Origin: Candidatus Dojkabacteria bacterium
GTDB taxonomy: Bacteria; Patescibacteriota; Dojkabacteria; B142; OLB20
Direction: 5' to 3'
DNA length: 64,000 nucleotides
Assembly: GCA_035444565.1 (NCBI GenBank)
Contig: DAOMOX010000001.1
Span: 130,335 to 194,334, forward strand
A program made the translations under genes and the position numbers. The number at the start of each line of letters is the position of its first letter. Within the stretch, counting starts at the first letter, position 1. The notes beneath the pieces are model-generated. The model searched no databases. It saw only the letters and a program-made list of their open reading frames with translations, and had not been told where the DNA came from. Below are positions 39,512-50,427 of the stretch, piece by piece.

Positions 39512-42247
39512 CTAATCTGTTAAAATCCCACCATTGGTTTTTCTTTTACCGATTAGATTTCCAACATATATGTGACCACCTAGTGCGAAGAATGCAATTC
39601 CCGAAATTATTGCTATTACTGGTATGATAATCCTGTTTGTATTATCACCTAGTATTCCTGTTGCTGGAAGACACATTACATTTACAGTGTGTACTGCTCT
39701 ACCGACTTCTATTCCATCCTGTTTCACTATCACGGTATTAACATAGGTCCCGAAATCAGCGTTTTGAACTGTAACTGAATATGTAAAGGTCTTAGTTTCG
39801 TTTGCAGCCATATTTGTATCTGCCCATACTATTTGGTTCAGGTCGGCATTATATACACCACCTGCAGAGATGGAACTCACACTTAGCAAATCTCCAGTCA
39901 CTTTCTCATCCAATATGTCTGTAATTTCCAATACTCTACTTTCAGAGGTTGGGTTTGTAACAGTCACTGTGTAGACAACTGTCGCAGATGTATCTGCTTG
40001 ACATGTTGGTGCAGAGGTTTTGGTTACTGTAACATTCCCTGGTACTACTACTGTTGTAGGATCATCATCTGTGACGACCTCTTCAGTATCTACTGATTTG
40101 GCAGTTACTGTAACAACATTTACAAAACCAGAGTTTACATTTGCTTGGGTACATGTAAATGATTTCGATTCTCCAATGGCAAGTGATACTTGAAGAGTAT
40201 CGGCAGTACCATCATCTTCTGTTAGATATCTTGTACATGATAGTGCTAATGGATCAGTAACATTTACATTTTCCAATGCAACTGCACCGATATTAGTTAC
40301 GGTAATGTAGAAAGTTGCAGTACCACCTTTTTCAACAGTCTGGGTATCTTGAGCCACTGAGTGATTTTCTACTTCCGATTTCTGTACTCTAATCGCCGGA
40401 GTTCCAGCTAATACAACTTCACTATCATCTTCATCCTCAACAGGGGACCTTCCATCGATAGGTGTTCCTATCACCTCGGCAACATTAGTATAGGATTCAG
40501 TAACATTAGTATCTTGACATGAGTAAGAAACACTTTGATCAACCTTAAGAACACCTGCAGGGGTACTGTCGGCTAAGTCTTCTGTCGAGATATTCCTAGC
40601 ACACCCTGGTGCCATTGCATCTGTAACGACTACATCTTTCAAGTCAATTTCTCCGGTATTTGTAACTGTGATATGGAATGTTGCGTTACCTCCTGAAGCT
40701 ATGATTTGGAAATCAGTGGCATTATTATGATCAGCAATTTCTGATTTGATAATTTGAATTTGCGGATTTAATCTAAATATACCAGCATCCCAACATAGAT
40801 CGGTTTCTCCTGCATCTAGTGTTATGTTTCCTGTATAACCAGTCGATATGTTTGCGTCACTATCTTTACAAGAATCTGTACCAGCGCCTTCAGGACTATA
40901 CGCAAAACCAGTTGGAAGCGTAAATTTGACCACGTATGTTCCTGCTTCTACGTTATCAAACAGATAACACCCTGTATTATCCGTGGTCTTTGTCTGTAGT
41001 GCTGTAGTTGAAGTCGAACTAGTATAAAGACCAACCGTTACGCCAGGCACACCAGTCGCTTCAGTGGTGTCTTGTATACCATCTTTGTTTATATCTTCCC
41101 AAACACAGTCTCCAATCTTTCCAACTTGCAGATAGTAACCTGCATCCCACGAATTGTCTGTCTGTCCAGCAGTTAAAGTGATGACCTCAGTTTTTCCTGA
41201 AACTACGTTTGCATCGCTATCTTTATCATTATTCGACCCTAAGTTTGCACCTGTTCGCGTGTAACTAGGTATATCTTCAAATTCAACAATATATTTCCCA
41301 GCATCAATATTTCTAAATGTATAATTACCTAATGCATCTGTTTGCAGTGTTGCAATCGCTGTGGTACCCGTATCTGTATATAAGTTAACTGTAACCCCTT
41401 CTATTCCTGGTTCTCCATCATCTTGAATACCATTTTTGTTGTTATCTCGCCATACGAAGTCTCCTAGATTAGCTTTTAATGGCTCTGGGGTAGGTGTTAG
41501 AGATGGAGTGACAGATGGTGTTATTGTTGGTGATGGTTTTGGTGTAGGAGTTGGTGTTGGTGTATCCTCAACAGCATTCCAAACTACTCTTACTCTATAT
41601 TCATGGGAACCATTACAAATTGGATCATCCTTATCTGTTCCAGTGGTTCTGTTACACCACTCTTCTGGTGGTCCATCCAATCCGGTAAAATTTATATCTA
41701 CAACCAAAGCTCCTTTCGAACTATCCCAATTCCCTGTCACAATCTTTGGAGTAGCAGGGAACCATGTGTTATCTTTTGTTTCATCAGCGTGTGGCAAATT
41801 AAATGGACCGATTTGCGCATTTGTGTAACCCAATGCTTTCAATGCATTAATCTCAGCGGTACAATCAGCCTGATCGGTACCGTTACCTAAATCTTCCATT
41901 ACAATCGTTTTATTTAATCCAGGAATTTTTAATTCGTGAGTTTCGTTCATTTGAACTATACAACTAGTATTTCCCGCACTCCAACCCCATTGTGTTTCGA
42001 TTTTAACTGTACCTTCTTTGAAATTAGTTGGTATTTGGAATGTTTCCTTTTGGGCTGGTTTTTGTTTCCAAATATCACCCACTCTCCACTCTGTTACAAC
42101 TGGTTCAACTGCAGCATCACTGTCATCAGGTGCGACTTCTCTTTTTTGGAAAAGGTACACACCAAGTATCAACATAAGAAACACAAAAAGACTTGCAACA
42201 GCAGCTATAATAAGCGTTTTGGTTCTTTTATCGTATGAAGTATTCAT
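39512..42247 (-). CDS. Surface protein with two SdrD-B-like repeats, Ig-like repeats and LPATG motif
   Basis: GD.VW.D.NK.GIQD...WDAG twice; two K-SE...ATF.ITVTN.G repeats; PT linker; LPATG, TM and basic tail. Confidence 0.88.
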   Translation of the reverse strand: MNTSYDKRTKTLIIAAVASLFVFLMLILGVYLFQKREVAPDDSDAAVEPVVTEWRVGDIWKQKPAQKETFQIPTNFKEGTVKIETQWGWSAGNTSCIVQMNETHELKIPGLNKTIVMEDLGNGTDQADCTAEINALKALGYTNAQIGPFNLPHADETKDNTWFPATPKIVTGNWDSSKGALVVDINFTGLDGPPEEWCNRTTGTDKDDPICNGSHEYRVRVVWNAVEDTPTPTPTPKPSPTITPSVTPSLTPTPEPLKANLGDFVWRDNNKNGIQDDGEPGIEGVTVNLYTDTGTTAIATLQTDALGNYTFRNIDAGKYIVEFEDIPSYTRTGANLGSNNDKDSDANVVSGKTEVITLTAGQTDNSWDAGYYLQVGKIGDCVWEDINKDGIQDTTEATGVPGVTVGLYTSSTSTTALQTKTTDNTGCYLFDNVEAGTYVVKFTLPTGFAYSPEGAGTDSCKDSDANISTGYTGNITLDAGETDLCWDAGIFRLNPQIQIIKSEIADHNNATDFQIIASGGNATFHITVTNTGEIDLKDVVVTDAMAPGCARNISTEDLADSTPAGVLKVDQSVSYSCQDTNVTESYTNVAEVIGTPIDGRSPVEDEDDSEVVLAGTPAIRVQKSEVENHSVAQDTQTVEKGGTATFYITVTNIGAVALENVNVTDPLALSCTRYLTEDDGTADTLQVSLAIGESKSFTCTQANVNSGFVNVVTVTAKSVDTEEVVTDDDPTTVVVPGNVTVTKTSAPTCQADTSATVVYTVTVTNPTSESRVLEITDILDEKVTGDLLSVSSISAGGVYNADLNQIVWADTNMAANETKTFTYSVTVQNADFGTYVNTVIVKQDGIEVGRAVHTVNVMCLPATGILGDNTNRIIIPVIAIISGIAFFALGGHIYVGNLIGKRKTNGGILTD

Positions 42248-42340
42248 AGAGTTACGGTATCAAAAAATAGATATTATTAATAATCTAACACAAGCGCAAA
42301 GCGATGTTAAATAATTTTAGAGGAATTTACATTACGGGAT

Positions 42341-43027
42341 TTATGAGTGAAGACTTTCCAAAAAAGCGAGTACGTCTTCCCAACTCTTGGATGTGTAGTC
42401 AGCATAATCGTCAAGTTCTGTTCTATGAACATTTTCTGTGAAAAGCACAAACTTATCTACTTCTCCACTTTTTTTTACTTCGTAATCAGTATAACCATCT
42501 CCTATCATAACTTTATTACCAGATAGTTTCAGATTTTTTACACATTCTATTTTTCCGCCTGTCTTACATAAGGCAATATCTCTATCAATTCCTGAGATAT
42601 TATCCTCTAAATCATAAATAAACTTGTTGGACAAAACATTCATTTCGTCAATTCCGAATTCTTTTACGATTGGAACAATCCATTCTTCAAAACCACCAGA
42701 AATTATATAGATATTAGAAGAGTTATCTTGAAAAAAATTCTTGTTTCTAATAATTGATTCTGAAATATTTTCCTTTAATAAATCTACTAAATTTGCAATA
42801 TCGCTTCTGGATGACTTGAACATTTTCAGCCTAGAATCCAAAGAATCTTGGAAGCTGATTTTTCCAGTCATACCTTGATTTGTTATCTCTTCAATTTTGT
42901 TTATTATTTCTTGTTTACGAGTATTCCCATTTAAAGTAATTTTTGCGAGTTCCTCCAGTCCTTCAAGTTTTACAAAGGTACTATCAAAATCGATTATTAT
43001 ATTTGTATTTAAGTCAGATAGGTTCAT
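42341..43027 (-). CDS. serB: HAD-IB phosphoserine phosphatase-like protein
   Basis: DFDST, SGGF and GDGYTD motifs; start moved to MNLSD. Confidence 0.75.
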   Translation of the reverse strand: MNLSDLNTNIIIDFDSTFVKLEGLEELAKITLNGNTRKQEIINKIEEITNQGMTGKISFQDSLDSRLKMFKSSRSDIANLVDLLKENISESIIRNKNFFQDNSSNIYIISGGFEEWIVPIVKEFGIDEMNVLSNKFIYDLEDNISGIDRDIALCKTGGKIECVKNLKLSGNKVMIGDGYTDYEVKKSGEVDKFVLFTENVHRTELDDYADYTSKSWEDVLAFLESLHS

Positions 43028-43136
43028 AAAATCGATAAAAACAAGGAGTAATATATCAGAAATATTAGGTATCTGGAAATTCAAAAGATGAATTTTATCA
43101 ATATTAATTGTATTATTAGTTATATTTAATAATATT

Positions 43137-43295
43137 ATGGATAATACTGGTCAAATCCTCCTCATCACTTTGGTCACCGCGATTGGAAGTAGCATTACTA
43201 CATATTTATATCGCAAGAGAAAGATAGCAAAAAAGGACTATAGTTTGTCAGATCATGCCAAGACTAAAAGACCCGACATAACTATCGGGATGTAA
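43137..43295 (+). CDS. Small single-TM protein (52 aa, not in ORF track)
   Basis: MDNTGQILLITLVTAIGSSITTYLYRKRK... TM followed by basic residues. Confidence 0.45.
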   Translation: MDNTGQILLITLVTAIGSSITTYLYRKRKIAKKDYSLSDHAKTKRPDITIGM

Positions 43296-43353
43296 ACGAT
43301 GATTGGAGTTTTTTAATAAGCAAGTTATAATTGCCTCATGATTTATTTCTGAC

Positions 43354-45087
43354 GTGAAGAGGTTTTCCAAATATAAAATATTACTACTTTTAATAATCCT
43401 TCTCGGTGCATTCTTACGTTTCTACAATCTCGACTGGGGCGATCAAAATTTTTTCCATCCAGACGAAAGGAACATAGCAATAGCCACTTCAAATATTAAT
43501 TTTATTAGAGGTGACTATAATCCTGACTTTTTTGCTTACGGAAGCTTTCCCATTTATATGATTTATATCGTTTCGAAGGGAGATTTCGAAACTTCACTAT
43601 TATTTGGAAGGTTATTAAGTGCTATTTTTTCTACTATAAGTTTGTATCTAATATACCTCATAACCAAAAACCTACTTTTTTCAATATTGCTCAAAGATGG
43701 TGAATCAATTAAGAAAACTAACAAGATTGAAACATATTCATTACTTGCTGTCGCATTGGCAGCTTTCTCTCCGGGTTTAATCCAATTTGCACACTTCACA
43801 ACATTTGAATCATTTCTTACATTTGAGTACTTGTTGTTTACATTTCTGGCACTCAAATTATTAAATAAGCCTTCTTTCCTCAATTATGTATTTATAGCAG
43901 TCATAATGGGACTTTCTGTAGGAACGAAGATAGTCAGTCTCTTTTTGGTTGGGGTATTTCTAGTGATTCATTTCTTCGTTAATCTCAAAGGAAGAACGAA
44001 GGATACAAATAAGTTGAAATTTATTATTAAATTCCCTTTCAAATTTCTTAATAATAAGTTCTTTTCAGCGGTTCTGTTATCAATCCTTATTTTCGTTCTC
44101 ACAAATCCATTTATTTTTCTAGATTATCAAAACTTCAGAAATTCACTTAATTATGAAAGTTCTGTTGCAAGAGGCACACTGCCAGTTTTCTACACACAAC
44201 AATTCTTAGAAACCATTCCATTCGTATATCAAGTTTTGTACGTTTTCCCAAGTCTGATAAGCTGGCCACTTACGATTTTCTCGTTATTTGCACTGTTTTA
44301 TCTGATTATTTATTGTCTAAGGTATGGTCTTAGGTACATTTTCAAAAACGAATCCAAGACCAAACTTCCTATTATTGTATTCACGCTTATCGGGCTAGGT
44401 TACACCGCCTTCCACTTAACAATGTATGTTAAATGGAGTCGATATATGGTTCCTTCAATTCCTTTTTTAATAATTGCCTTCGTCATAGTTCTGGTAAATC
44501 TTTCGTATAAACGTCATAAAATGATTAGATTGATTTCGAAATCCACATTATTTGTGGTTTCAATATTTGCAATTATTCAAGGGTTGAATTTCTTTACAAT
44601 CTATCTTAAACCCGACCCTCGACTTGAAGCTGCAACTTGGCTAAAAGACGATGCAGAGAATAGCGATACTTTTGCAGGAGAAGTCTACGATATTGGAATG
44701 ACTGCGTTCAATGGAGCTGTAGGCAATCATAGAATTACCGAGTATGACTACTACAATCTTGACGATGGAATAAACGATCAAGCTGAATTAGAATCACTTA
44801 ACAAGTTGATGGATGAGTCAGAGTATGTCATTGTGCCCGCCGAGAGAATATATCCTACAAGAGTTCGACTGAAAGATGAATTCCCAAACGGATATCGACA
44901 CTATGAACAACTTTTTGAGGGAGAATTGGGGTTCGTCAAAGTTGCTGAGTTCACCAGAACCACATATCTAGAAGATTTATTTGATATTAGTTTTTATAGT
45001 GGAGGAATATTTATGCCTTTGAACTACGATGAAACATTTAGAGTTTTTGATCAACCTACTGTAACAATCTTTAAGAAAAACACATGA
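43354..45087 (+). CDS. GT-C (PMT/ArnT-like) glycosyltransferase
   Basis: LRF...FHPDE, GR.LS, many TMs, DETFRVFDQP. Confidence 0.85.
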   Translation: MKRFSKYKILLLLIILLGAFLRFYNLDWGDQNFFHPDERNIAIATSNINFIRGDYNPDFFAYGSFPIYMIYIVSKGDFETSLLFGRLLSAIFSTISLYLIYLITKNLLFSILLKDGESIKKTNKIETYSLLAVALAAFSPGLIQFAHFTTFESFLTFEYLLFTFLALKLLNKPSFLNYVFIAVIMGLSVGTKIVSLFLVGVFLVIHFFVNLKGRTKDTNKLKFIIKFPFKFLNNKFFSAVLLSILIFVLTNPFIFLDYQNFRNSLNYESSVARGTLPVFYTQQFLETIPFVYQVLYVFPSLISWPLTIFSLFALFYLIIYCLRYGLRYIFKNESKTKLPIIVFTLIGLGYTAFHLTMYVKWSRYMVPSIPFLIIAFVIVLVNLSYKRHKMIRLISKSTLFVVSIFAIIQGLNFFTIYLKPDPRLEAATWLKDDAENSDTFAGEVYDIGMTAFNGAVGNHRITEYDYYNLDDGINDQAELESLNKLMDESEYVIVPAERIYPTRVRLKDEFPNGYRHYEQLFEGELGFVKVAEFTRTTYLEDLFDISFYSGGIFMPLNYDETFRVFDQPTVTIFKKNT

Positions 45088-46214
45088 ATATTGTAATGTT
45101 AACTACTTATTATCACCCTCATGTCAGTGGACTCACACTTTATTTCCAGCGTTTAGCTGAAGAATATGTAGAACTTGGACATAATGTCACAATTTTGTGT
45201 GCACAACATGATAAAAATCTAAAGAGCAAAGAAATTATCAAAGGAGTAAAAGTCATAAGAACTCCTTATCTAATCAAAATTAATAAAGGCATGATTTTGC
45301 CTAAAATCATTATTGATGCTTGGAAACCATTGAAGGAGGCTGATGTATTGCATAATAATCTCCCATCCATAGAAGCGCTTCCAGTGGTAATACTGGCTAA
45401 GCTGTTTCGTAAGCCAATAGTCACAACTTATGTTTGCGATATCACACTACCCAAATTTTTCGGAAGTAAATTATTGGATAAAATCATAGATATTAACCAT
45501 CATCTCGTACTAAAACTCTCAGATACCATAGCTTCATTTACACTAGATTTTGCCAAGCATTCTAGAGTTTTGAAAGGATATTATAAAAATACCGTAGAGG
45601 TATTACCCATAGTAGAACTGAATAAGAAACATATAATCAAAATAAACGAGTTAGAGAATTCTCCCCATCCTCGAATCGGCATGGCGACTAGAATTGCAGC
45701 GGATAAAGGTATCGACTATTTGGTAAATGCATTGCCATTAATTTGGAAGAAATATCCGACAGCCGAGTTATTCATAGTTGGAACTATTAACGCAGTGGGA
45801 GAAGAAAAGTATTTAGAAAAACTCAAACCATTGTTTAAGAAATATGAAGAAAAAATACATTTGTTAGGACAAATAGATCCAAACGCAATGCCTTATTATT
45901 TTAAAAACATTGATGTTTTAGTTGTGGCCAGTACAAACTCTACCGAGGCTTTTGGCATGGTACAAGTTGAAGCTATGCTAGAGGGGACACCAGTTGTGGC
46001 TACCGATTTGCCGGGTGTCAGAGTACCCATTAAAACAACTGGTATGGGTGAAATTGCAAAAATTGCTGATAGTGAAGATTTAGCGAAGAAAATTATCAGT
46101 GTGTTAAGCAATGCTAAATCCTACTCCATGGACACTCTCCATAAATTCAATAAACAAAGTGTGATTGAGACAAACCTGAATTTATATAAAGACTTGTTGA
46201 AAAGAGATGAATAA
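45084..46214 (+). CDS. Glycosyltransferase family 4
   Basis: EAFGMVQVEAM..GTPVVA motif. Confidence 0.92.
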   Translation: MNIVMLTTYYHPHVSGLTLYFQRLAEEYVELGHNVTILCAQHDKNLKSKEIIKGVKVIRTPYLIKINKGMILPKIIIDAWKPLKEADVLHNNLPSIEALPVVILAKLFRKPIVTTYVCDITLPKFFGSKLLDKIIDINHHLVLKLSDTIASFTLDFAKHSRVLKGYYKNTVEVLPIVELNKKHIIKINELENSPHPRIGMATRIAADKGIDYLVNALPLIWKKYPTAELFIVGTINAVGEEKYLEKLKPLFKKYEEKIHLLGQIDPNAMPYYFKNIDVLVVASTNSTEAFGMVQVEAMLEGTPVVATDLPGVRVPIKTTGMGEIAKIADSEDLAKKIISVLSNAKSYSMDTLHKFNKQSVIETNLNLYKDLLKRDE

Positions 46215-47811
46215 ATCGATACTGAAGAAATACCTACCATTCCTAACCTTCATCATCTTCTGTATTTATATTATCACCATAGAACTTTCATATTATTTTG
46301 ATTCCTCATTAGGAAAAATAGGGGTTGTATTATGGTATATGTTGGGAGTCCTACTTATCACGCACACTATTCTTGAACTTTTCAGTTTACTGAAAAAAGT
46401 ATCTAAAGGCCATTTCATAGTACCACTTGTTATTTTTCTAATATTAAATGTTGTTGGAATCTTCTATATGGCCAGGCCTGAAAACATAAGCTTGGAAGCG
46501 ACCCAACAGGTAAGTTGTGCAATTAATAATTTCTCAGTTTCGGAAGACTGGGGATATTTTCAAAATTGCTTTCTAGGTTACCCTGCAAGACAATTTTTAA
46601 TGCCTTTAATTCCTAGCTTAGTTGGTAAAAGTGTCTTCACACTACATCTAGGTAACTATATATACTTCCTAATTGGCCAAGTCTTATTTTTATCGGTCTC
46701 AGCAAAATGGATTTCCCCGACTAAAAAAATCCAGGTGTATTTGGTTTCGATGTTATTAATCATTCCTTTTCATTTTCATTTTTTTAACTACTTAAATCTA
46801 ACCTTCGAACAAGCATTTTATCCAATCGGACTCGGGTTAATTTTGTTTTCAACTTTGTTGAATATGAAGTTACAGATTAACGTCCGCAATATTTTGATTT
46901 TCCTAATTTCGGGATTACTTATAATCTCTTCATACACAACTGCACTTGCATATATTCCACTAATATTTTTATTCGGATTGTATTTCCTAATAATACAGAA
47001 ATCTAGTAAAAAGCATAAAACAATAATTTTGTCATCACTAATTACACTGGCCGTGTCATTAGTAGTATCACTCGCATACAGAGGGGACTTGCGGTTTGAA
47101 AATAATAAGGAAGTTCTGGACAAAGAAAAAACGGAGCTAATTGTTCGAACAATCTTCGGGCTCAGTGATGGTATAAATTTTGTTTCTCCAGTTTTTACAC
47201 TAATTTGGATTCTGACCTTGGTATCTGCACTTCTATTTAAGTTTAGATTGCTTGGGGTTGTATTTCTGGTTTGGGTAATTGCAGTATTCCACTCATCCGT
47301 TTCAACACATGGTTACGCAGGTCCTGACATGGTTTTCTCATTATATCGAGCGAGTGTTTTAATCCCACCAATGCTGTTCTTACTACTTTATAATAGAGTT
47401 GGTTTTTTCAATAAAAAATATTCTTTAATAGTGGTTTTGATTTTATTGATAAGTGGATTGCTCTTTCAATACGACTATTATAAAACTAAAGCCGATAACA
47501 AATCCGTAATACTTTACGAACTATATACTACTCTAAACAGAGAAGTCGAACCCCCAAAGGAAAAGCTTTATCTTTTTGAACTAGATAAAGAACCATTTCT
47601 CCCAATACTCAATGGTAGCGGATATTTTATGAAAGATATCGAATTAATTTTTACCAAAGATCTGTGCATTGTCGATTCTAAGAATTCCGCAATCCTCTCA
47701 GATAAAGCTATTCCTGATGTAGAATGTGAGAACGAAGTTGATTATAATCAACTTGACCAAAAATCTTTAACCATAGAAGGAATAAATGATACTCTTTATT
47801 TGTATCAATAA
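46207..47811 (+). CDS. Polytopic membrane protein (possible GT-C)
   Basis: About 12 TMs, inside the glycosylation operon. Confidence 0.65.
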   Translation: MNKSILKKYLPFLTFIIFCIYIITIELSYYFDSSLGKIGVVLWYMLGVLLITHTILELFSLLKKVSKGHFIVPLVIFLILNVVGIFYMARPENISLEATQQVSCAINNFSVSEDWGYFQNCFLGYPARQFLMPLIPSLVGKSVFTLHLGNYIYFLIGQVLFLSVSAKWISPTKKIQVYLVSMLLIIPFHFHFFNYLNLTFEQAFYPIGLGLILFSTLLNMKLQINVRNILIFLISGLLIISSYTTALAYIPLIFLFGLYFLIIQKSSKKHKTIILSSLITLAVSLVVSLAYRGDLRFENNKEVLDKEKTELIVRTIFGLSDGINFVSPVFTLIWILTLVSALLFKFRLLGVVFLVWVIAVFHSSVSTHGYAGPDMVFSLYRASVLIPPMLFLLLYNRVGFFNKKYSLIVVLILLISGLLFQYDYYKTKADNKSVILYELYTTLNREVEPPKEKLYLFELDKEPFLPILNGSGYFMKDIELIFTKDLCIVDSKNSAILSDKAIPDVECENEVDYNQLDQKSLTIEGINDTLYLYQ

Positions 47812-47815
47812 TTAA

Positions 47816-49642
47816 ATGAAGAAATATTTAACAAAACTAAATTTTTACGAGATTGTATTACTTGTATTAATTGTTCTTTTAGCTTCTTATTTTAGGTTTA
47901 CCGGAACAAATTGGGATAATTTTGCACACCTTCATCCTGATGAGAGATACATGACAATGGTAGCCATTGCCGTGCAGTGGCCTGAAGACTTTGAAGAGTA
48001 TCTTGATCCGCAGACATCTCCACTTTCCCCTTACAACAATAACTTTGGTTCTTACATTTACGGGACACTTCCTCTATTTTTCGTGAAATATGTTGCCGAT
48101 AGTTTGGAATTAGGCGATTACAACAATCTCCACCTAGTCGGAAGGACCTTGAGCGGAATTCTAGATATTGGAAATCTCTTATTAATATATTTAATTGGCA
48201 ACAATATCTATAGAAAACGTCTTGGATTAATTGCGGCGTTATTCTATGCAGTAGCAGTTATGCCAATTCAACAAAGTCATTTTTTCACAACAGATACGTA
48301 CGAAACATTTTTCGCTTTGATTACATTCCTACTATTAATAATTTTTCTAAAGGTTAGATCACCCATGATTAATGTTTCTCTTAGCATTTTAATAGGAATC
48401 TCTATGGGACTTGCCCTTGCAAGTAAAATCTCAGCTGCAGTATTTGGATTGATGATTGGTGTTGCTTTAGCTATGAAATTCCTACAACAGTTAAAAAGAT
48501 TTTCACTTCCAAGAAATATGTTTTATGTTGTTGATTTTGCTCTTCTAATCCTTATCACAATTTATGTCGTCTTCCGGTTAGCCTCCCCATATATATTTAA
48601 TGATGCTAGTTGGTTGGATATCACCTTGAATAAAAGCTTCCTCGAGTCTCTTAATTTCCAAAGATCTGCGATTACAGGTGAAGTTATATTCCCGCCTTCG
48701 ATGCAATGGTTCGAAACTACCCCATACCTATTTCCTTTGAAAAATATAATAGTATGGGGACTTGGTATTCCGATAGGAATAAGTGCGATCTTTGGACTTG
48801 GATATTTTGTTTATGAACAGATTCTATATCTGAAGCACCATTACAAATTAAAGCAACTTCTTACACCACTTACATCCCCATTATTAATAGCATTTATCTG
48901 GATAATTGGTGATTTCATTTACAGAGGCGGAAATTTTGTAAAGTCGTTTAGATATTTACTGGCGATACTCCCATTCCTCACAATTTTTGCAGCTTTAGCA
49001 ATTTACCAACTAAAGAAAGTCAATAAACGAATTTATTATATTGTTTTGGCACTGGTGTTTTTACCTACACTGCTTTGGGCTTACGCGTTTACGAACATAT
49101 ATAGAACAACCACAACAAGGATTGAAGCATCAGACTGGATTTACGAGAATGTTCCAGCAAATAGTACTGCAGTTGTTGAACATTGGGACGATGGTATACC
49201 ATTTAAAACGTTGGTACCTCCTCCTCATTTATACAATGCAACTGAACTCGCTGTTTACAATCCAGACGATCATACAAAGATTCCTTATCTTTTCGAAGTA
49301 CTTAGTAAGACGGATTATATATTTATAAGTAGTGATCGAGCACGAATGACAATCGGAGAGCTTCCTGAGAGACACCCTGTTATGGCATCGTATTATTCCG
49401 CTCTTGATGATGGTTCTCTGGGGTATAAATTAATAAAAGAAGTTTCATCTTACCCGCAAATTTTCGGAATTGAAATAAATGATAGTAAAGCAGAAGAAGC
49501 TTTCTGGGTATATGATCATCCAACTGTTAGAATATACAAAAAAGAAAGACAATTGCCTATGAATGAATTCTCTTGTGTACTTGGCCGTGAGAAGGGTTCA
49601 GTTTGGAGTGAATCTAGATGTGTAAATATAAACGAATTATGA
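47816..49642 (+). CDS. GT-C (PMT/ArnT-like) glycosyltransferase
   Basis: HLHPDER, GRTLS, EHWDD and EEAFWVYDHP; paralogue of 43354-45087. Confidence 0.85.
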   Translation: MKKYLTKLNFYEIVLLVLIVLLASYFRFTGTNWDNFAHLHPDERYMTMVAIAVQWPEDFEEYLDPQTSPLSPYNNNFGSYIYGTLPLFFVKYVADSLELGDYNNLHLVGRTLSGILDIGNLLLIYLIGNNIYRKRLGLIAALFYAVAVMPIQQSHFFTTDTYETFFALITFLLLIIFLKVRSPMINVSLSILIGISMGLALASKISAAVFGLMIGVALAMKFLQQLKRFSLPRNMFYVVDFALLILITIYVVFRLASPYIFNDASWLDITLNKSFLESLNFQRSAITGEVIFPPSMQWFETTPYLFPLKNIIVWGLGIPIGISAIFGLGYFVYEQILYLKHHYKLKQLLTPLTSPLLIAFIWIIGDFIYRGGNFVKSFRYLLAILPFLTIFAALAIYQLKKVNKRIYYIVLALVFLPTLLWAYAFTNIYRTTTTRIEASDWIYENVPANSTAVVEHWDDGIPFKTLVPPPHLYNATELAVYNPDDHTKIPYLFEVLSKTDYIFISSDRARMTIGELPERHPVMASYYSALDDGSLGYKLIKEVSSYPQIFGIEINDSKAEEAFWVYDHPTVRIYKKERQLPMNEFSCVLGREKGSVWSESRCVNINEL

Positions 49643-50427
49643 ATACGACTATAAATTTAATCAAAAGAATAAAATATTACCTGATTTCTATTAAAACTCT
49701 ACTTATCAAAGTTCCCCTCAAAGTTCTTTGGAATATGACTTTTAACAAGGAAACAGTGCTAAAACTTGACGACGGTGCCTCATTCAAATTAAGGAACAAA
49801 TTCGATTTATGGGTTGTGAAAGAAACCTATCTAGATGAAGATTATCGAATTGATGATGACTTGATTGCTGAAAATCCAACTATTATCGATATTGGCGCAT
49901 ATATTGGTGACTACGCAATCTGGGCTGCAAAAAAATACTTGAATTCGAAAGTTTATGCTATTGAGCCTGTTAAAGAAAATTATGATTTAGTTTTAGAGAA
50001 TATCGAAAACAGTTCACTAAGCAATATTAAGCCCTATCGATTAGCACTTCACAGTTCCGAAACGGAACAATATCTGAAAACAAAGAACATCAGTCTTAGC
50101 CAAAGCTTCATTGCACAAAATGAAGAATCCATGGACGAAAAATCTCCAAGTATGTCTCTCAAAAACTTTATGAAAGTAGAAAATATTAAAAAATGTCATA
50201 TCTTGAAAATGGACTGTGAAGGTTCAGAATATGATATTTTACTTAATTCAGAAATCACATTCCTGAAAGAGAAGTTCGACAATATCATCTTGGAGTATCA
50301 TACGCATCCCGAATATTCATACAAGGATTTGGTTAAGCATCTTGAATCAGCAGATTTTGAAGTGGAGATAATCGCACCGAAGTTTGAGAATGGAACTGGA
50401 TTTATGAAAGCAAAGAAGTCTAAATAA
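49639..50427 (+). CDS. FkbM-family methyltransferase
   Basis: IDIGAYIG, AIEP and LKMDCEGSE motifs. Confidence 0.9.
   Translation: MNTTINLIKRIKYYLISIKTLLIKVPLKVLWNMTFNKETVLKLDDGASFKLRNKFDLWVVKETYLDEDYRIDDDLIAENPTIIDIGAYIGDYAIWAAKKYLNSKVYAIEPVKENYDLVLENIENSSLSNIKPYRLALHSSETEQYLKTKNISLSQSFIAQNEESMDEKSPSMSLKNFMKVENIKKCHILKMDCEGSEYDILLNSEITFLKEKFDNIILEYHTHPEYSYKDLVKHLESADFEVEIIAPKFENGTGFMKAKKSK

Noticed and set aside
41436-42314. Several plus-strand ORFs and a GGT/GTT-rich repeat
   Set aside because: Antisense shadows of the surface protein and its Pro/Thr linker.
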